From: Paragordius varius
Taxonomy: Eukaryota; Animalia; Nematomorpha
Direction of reading: 5' to 3'
NCBI GenBank assembly: GCA_964247055.1
Contig: OZ176051.1
Location: 12,152,001-12,216,000, forward strand
Length of the DNA: 64,000 nucleotides
Shown here piece by piece: positions 58,254-64,000 of the stretch. The notes beneath the pieces are model-generated. The model had not been told where the DNA came from, made no database searches, and saw only the letters and a program-made list of their open reading frames with translations. The position numbers and the translations under genes were made by a program. Positions within the stretch are counted from its first letter, which is position 1. Every line of letters begins with the position of its first letter.

Positions 58254-61246
58254 CTGATGGTAAAATGAATTATCATGGTATTTTTAATTTTGTTCTTATC
58301 AATGATTTATCGAAGTCATATACAATTTTGTGGTAAATGTCCATATAATTGCAAGATTTAAGCATAATTTATATAATAAAATTGGTAAAGAATAAAGGAT
58401 TAACATTTTCACTTTATATGTTACAAATTACCTATTAAAATCATAATAATATTTCATAAAATTTTAATTTAAATATGAGCTCATAAGAGCCCATTTTTTT
58501 GATCTTCTAAAATGGGCTGGTTCTTTTTTAAATGGAAATATGCCGAGATTAAGGGATAAAACTTTCAAATATATTAACTAATAATCTTTTTATAAAAATA
58601 ATTACTTTTTTATATTACATTGTATATTACAACAAAAATTGATGAATATGTAAATATCATGGGGCTTTTGGTTTTCGCCCTTACGAGGAATTTAGTAAAT
58701 TTATTTACATTTTTGAATTAATTGCTTTATATTAAAAAATAATAAAACTTGCGCACATTTTAATTTTGGTGAGAGCTAAATGCCTTAGTTAAAAAAATAT
58801 CACTGAAATATATAATAAACAAGCAAAGCAATATTTTTAATTTCTTGATGTAAACCTTGAAAGTCCCGTACTTTTTGGCTGAGTACTCTCAAAATTAAAG
58901 CAATGATGAAATATTGTATATATTTAATTTTTTTATCACGGAAACTCGGATTGTTTTTTTTATCTGTTTTAGAAGGCAAAAAAATTGGGACATTTGATAA
59001 TAAATTAATTAAAATATTTTGCTTTTATGTACTTTATAATAACATTTTTTAAAATGTAGCCTTTAGCTTTCACCAAAAAATTTTTTTTAATGTGCTCAAA
59101 TATTGCTTTTTACTAATGGACTAGTTACCAAAGGTGTTAATACCTTTTAAAAAACATCGCAAGCACCATGATAATTTTTAAACAGACTATCAGAATAGTA
59201 TTTCATTAAGATATTTATACCTTTGGCACAGACCAGTGTTCTCAGGGTACTTATAGTTTTGGAGATAGAGTTATAAATAATTGATATCGTACACACGATA
59301 TAAATTTTTTTTCAGCAAACATTAATGCTTTCTTCAAAAAAATAAATTATATAATAAGTTATATCCACAAAATTAAACATATAGATGTGAAAGCCGTGTT
59401 TCAAATTTACCCTTCCCCCCATTCCTTCTAAACTAAGATGGTTATTTAAAAACGCAAAAATCTGAACTCGAATTAAATATAATCTATATAAGTAATGCTC
59501 AGCAAACAAATTCCAAGGGCTGTAAAAATATCTTATCTCAAGGGCCCGCTAAAATTTTCAAATTTACCAGCTCCCTATTTTCTGATATATACTCAAAATG
59601 CATTCACATAAAAATCTATTAATAAATCACCATAACCAAGCACTTTGCCGCATTCGAGTATTATTGTTCTAAATTATACATATAGTGATTCATATATTAA
59701 AACTATAAGGGCCGATTTCAATTTACATCCTAATAAAAAAAAATATAAATACCAAAATATATATATTGAAATTTTCCAACATTTTAATTATCGTGTATTT
59801 TTTTACTCTAAAATTATTTTAAATTACATCTACCAATATATACAAGTGTCGTTTATTTTGCATTATAGTAAATTTAAAATATTTAAGTTTAGAATGAAAA
59901 TTTTTTTATCGGTGTATTAATGTGATATAATTTATCCATTTTTTATTTAATAAACAGGCTAAAACAACCAACGGTTAATTTGAAATGAATGTATTTAAAT
60001 GTTAAAAAGATGCGAACTTTAAAAATTTTAAACAATACATCATTTTCATAGCATTATGAAAACGACATCGATGATAGAAATGTTTGCGCTCCATACAGAA
60101 AAATGTTTATGTCTTAAAACTTTTTTCCTATGCGAAAATAGCATGAAGTACGCTTCAACAAATTGTTGACAAATAAAAAAATTAATAATGCCATAAATCT
60201 ATAAATTTATTTTTATGCGATATCTTTGAATTTTCGCACATGGCCATTTAAGGGGTTAGGGAATTTTTTATCCCATATATTATATTGTTTTCTTATTCAG
60301 AATAATATCAGGAATATAAAGTTCTGATGAAGGCTTTTGTTTTTTAGGTTTATAAATCGTAAATTATGCAAAAAAATTTCTTTAAAATCTAGCATTATTC
60401 CATAAATGTAGGTTATACGATATATAAGATAGGCAATATATTCTAATTTTTAATGTGGACCTCATGCCTCCTAGTTAACTATTTTTTGGATAAACGCAAA
60501 GCTGAGTGCGATATTTTTTAAAGTCAGACATAAATTATTGATGGAAAATGAATATTTTAATACTTTATGACCCTTTTCGTCATCCTTGACATATCAGAGT
60601 TTTATATCACAGAGCTTTTTTTTAATACTGTTTTAAAAGTTATTTGGTTAAACATCAGATATTCTCCTGTATTAGATAAAAAATCCCTATATATTTTAAA
60701 TTTTATAACTTCTAGAGTCTTAAAAAAAACAGCTCCAAACCACGAGTAAAGAAACAGCTGATTGATAAATAAATATCAACTTTTTATGATAAAATGTGAT
60801 CTGGAAAAATTTGGGTTAATTATTTACATTTTTAAACCATAATAATATATTTGCATATTTTAAAAATTAAAAATTTTAAGAAAAATGGCGGCGAAAAAAG
60901 TTTATAGTATTTCACAATTTGTTGTAAAAAATAAAGCATGGGCCTTAAAAACTAAGCATAGTCTTTAATTCGGACTAAATAACTTTTAAATTTTAGAGCT
61001 CTAAGATATAGAACTAGCCCCAAAGTTATAAAAAGCTAAAATCTAAATTTTAGCAAAATTGTGTTGAAGCGCGTTGTTTATTCTAAAGCACAAGATATAA
61101 TGCGTAGTTATATTAACACCTTTTCGATATAAATTAATGATGCTTATATATTTATACACCTTAAAATTTAATTTCGTTCATCTTCAAACGTTGTTACAGA
61201 TAAATTATGAATTTTTTTATAATCTAACAATACAAGGTAAAATCAT

Positions 61247-62946
61247 GGTTGGTTGGTTTTTCCTAAGTCGTAAACGACTTTTTGGATAGAGTTATAAATA
61301 TTTCTTTCCATTTTTTTTATCTTTAACCGCTATATTGAGCTCTTTCAGTGTCATTTTGGTCTCTTCTTTTATCGTATCCAACCACCTCATCGGTGGTCGG
61401 CCTCGTTTCCTTTGCCCTTCTACCTTCCCAATCATTGTACTTTCTCCAGAGAATTCGATCGCATGACATGACCAAAATATGTTAACTTTCTTTTTAGAAT
61501 CTCCATAATGTTTGTTTTAGGTTTTATTTCTGTAGTTAGATTTCCATTCTTAATTTTATCCTTCCAGGTGTATCCTAGCATTTTACACCAGCAACTCCTT
61601 TCAAAAGCCATGAGCCTTTCTTTGTCCCTTTTTCCAAGAGTACAACTCTCACATCCATATGAGGTGACCGGGAGAAACAGTAGAGTAATGTTTTTTTGGT
61701 TTCAACTCCTGCGCTTTTGTTTTTCCAAATCTTTAATATGGTCATCGCTTCTCTACCCAATCCTATTCTCTTTCTGATGTCAGGAGTTGAAGACCTATCC
61801 TCTGAAATTATTGCGCCCAAAAACGTCAACTGTTTAAATATTCTATTTGTACTCCTTCTATTATAATTGTGGGCTTTTTTCTTGTACATAATATTTTGGT
61901 TTTGTTAGGATTAAGCCTAAGACCATACCTCAAACTTTCCTTTCGAATCTCTTCAATCAATTCCTTCAAATCATTTGCACTTTCAGCTATAAGAAAGGTA
62001 TCGTCTGCAAACCTTAAATTATTGATTGTTCTCCCTCCTATTTTTACTCCAATATTTTTACCGTCCAACTTCCTCATTATCATTTCTGTGCACATATTGA
62101 ACAGATAAGGGGATAAGCTACACCCTTGTCTGACTCCATTCAAGATAGGTATTTCGTCTGTGTTCCCCGCTGATGTTCTAATAATCGCTCTTTGTTTTAC
62201 ATAGAGAGAGCGAATCAATCTTATTAAGTGAGACGATACCCCTAGTAACTTTAATGTTTCCCACAAGGAGTCATAGTTGATTGAATCGAAGGCTTGTCTG
62301 TAATCAATAAAACACATGTATAATTCTTTCTAGAACTCTTTTGATGTTTCCATTATCCTTCTCATGTTTGAGATATGGTTTCTTGTGCTTTTTCCCTTCA
62401 TAAATCCGGCTTGATTTTCTGGTATTTCTGTCTGTATGATACTGTGCATCCTGTTTTGTATTACATTTAGTAAGACCTTACTAGCGTGGCTAATAAGAGA
62501 TATGTTCCGATAGTTCTCGCATTGGAGTACATCCCTTTTTTGTATATTGGGAGATATACAGATGATGTCCAGTCGTTTGGCCACTCACATGTTTCCAACA
62601 CCTTTTGACATAACTTGTGTAACGTTTCTACAAAAATAGCTTTTATGAACTCTATTGGGATATTGTCTAATCCCATCGCTTTGTTGTTAGGAATTTGTTT
62701 TAAGGCTAATTCAACCTCTTCTCTTAATATATCTGGATCACGTTCTTCTTCTTTAATTGCAACACCTTTGCTTGAGGAACCTGATAGAGTTTTTGGGTGT
62801 ATTCCTTCCATCTTCCTCGTACTTCTGTTTGTTTGCACAATATGGTGACATTCTCTGTTTTAATCTTTTGGGATGATATAAAAGGTTTATGAGTCATTTG
62901 CTTCAGTTTCTGGAACATTGGTTGCATTAATCATTTTTTGTTATTT
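61247..62946 (-). mobile_element. 5'-truncated, frameshifted RTE-clade non-LTR retrotransposon (RT domain to 3' end)
   Basis: RT motifs NYRNISLISHASK, QAGFMKGKSTR, FIDYRQAFDS, GVRQGCSLSPYLFN, LRFADD. C-terminal MIGKVEGQRKRGRPPMRWLDTIKE and an (AACC)3 microsatellite tail at 61247-61258. Multiple frameshifts. Confidence 0.92.
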
Positions 62947-64000
62947 CCACACAATAGGAGGTTATACACATGGACCTCTCCATGTGGTAATAAGAATCAA
63001 ATTGATTACATAATATGTTCTCAAAAATGGAAATGCTCTATAATCGATACCAAAACAAGCAAAAGCAGCGATTGCTCTAGCGATCATGAACTTCTAATAA
63101 CTAAAATCAAACTTAAAATAATTAAAAATAAGGTTAAACAGATATACAGATATGACATTCGGAACATTCCAAATAGTTTTAGAACAGAAACCAAAGATAG
63201 ATTAGGAAGATTGGACAATGGATGTAGCTCAGAACAATTATGGGGAACGATAAAAATGTTGCTAATGAAGTGGCAAAAGAAAAAGTGCAGTGAGTAAAGA
63301 GGAAAGATAACAAAATATCTGAAAAGAGTATAGAGATAGCAGAAAAGAGGAGAAAAGCTAAATCAAGGGGTGATAATAAAATGGTAAAATTATATAACAA
63401 AGAATTTCAACGACAAACAAGGAAGGATTATGAAGACTTTCTTAATAAACAATGTCTGGAAGTGGATTTAAATAACAAAAAAGGATTAATGCAACCAATG
63501 TTCCAGAAACTGAAGCAAATGATTCATAAACCTTTTATATCATCACAAAAGATTAAAAAAGAGAATGGCACCATATTGTGCAAACAAACAGAAGTACGAG
63601 GAAGATGGAATACACCCAAAAACTCTATCAGGCTCCTCAAGCAAAGGTGTTGCAATTAACAGAAGAAGAACGTGATCCAGATATATTAAGAGAGGAGGTT
63701 GAATTAGCCTTAAAACAAATTCCAAACAACAAAGCGATGGGGTTAGACAATATCCCAATAGAGTTCATAAAAGCTATTCCTGTAGAAACGTTACACAAGT
63801 TATGTCAAAAGGTGTGGGAAACATGTGAGTGGCCAAACGACTGGACATCATCTGTATATCTCCCAATATACAAAAAAGGAGATGTACTCCAATGCGAGAA
63901 TTATCGGAACATATCTCTTATTAGCCACGCTAGTAAGGTCTTACTAAAAGTAATACAAAACAGAATGCACAGTATCATACAGACAGAAATACCAGAAAAT
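62941..64000 (+). mobile_element. Second RTE-clade LINE segment in opposite orientation (end of endonuclease to start of RT), running off the window
   Basis: RRLYTWTSP...KNQIDYII...SDCSSDHELL endonuclease end. 63470-64000 is an inverted near-copy of 62414-62946. Confidence 0.9.

Overview
Very AT-rich, intron-rich animal genomic window (standard genetic code; I cannot identify the species). I reconstructed eight protein-coding loci by hand from GT-AG junctions and remembered family motifs: a frameshifted class A GPCR-like gene (-); FUT8 (+); a class I Rab11-FIP with an unexpected internal Sec5-like IPT/TIG domain (-); an SLC46/PCFT-like MFS transporter with an in-frame stop (+); a Nup96 gene with only a ~100-aa Nup98-type autoproteolytic leader and no FG region (-); a METTL6/METTL2-type tRNA m3C methyltransferase (+); a stand-alone POLR1D-isoform-2-like gene (-); and CSK with very large Asn-rich insertions (+). 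A ninth locus is a ZNF280/POGZ/row-like zinc-finger gene (-). About 13 introns are only 21-32 nt long, and nearly all sit near the 5' end of their gene, while later introns are 70-1600 nt. Two divergent gene pairs have only 59 and 89 nt between start codons. Intergenic and intronic DNA is full of non-autonomous DNA transposons (hAT-, Tc1- and foldback-type), and the window ends in two head-to-head RTE-type LINE fragments. No tRNA, rRNA or CRISPR was recognised. All homology statements are by-eye comparisons with remembered sequences, not database searches.
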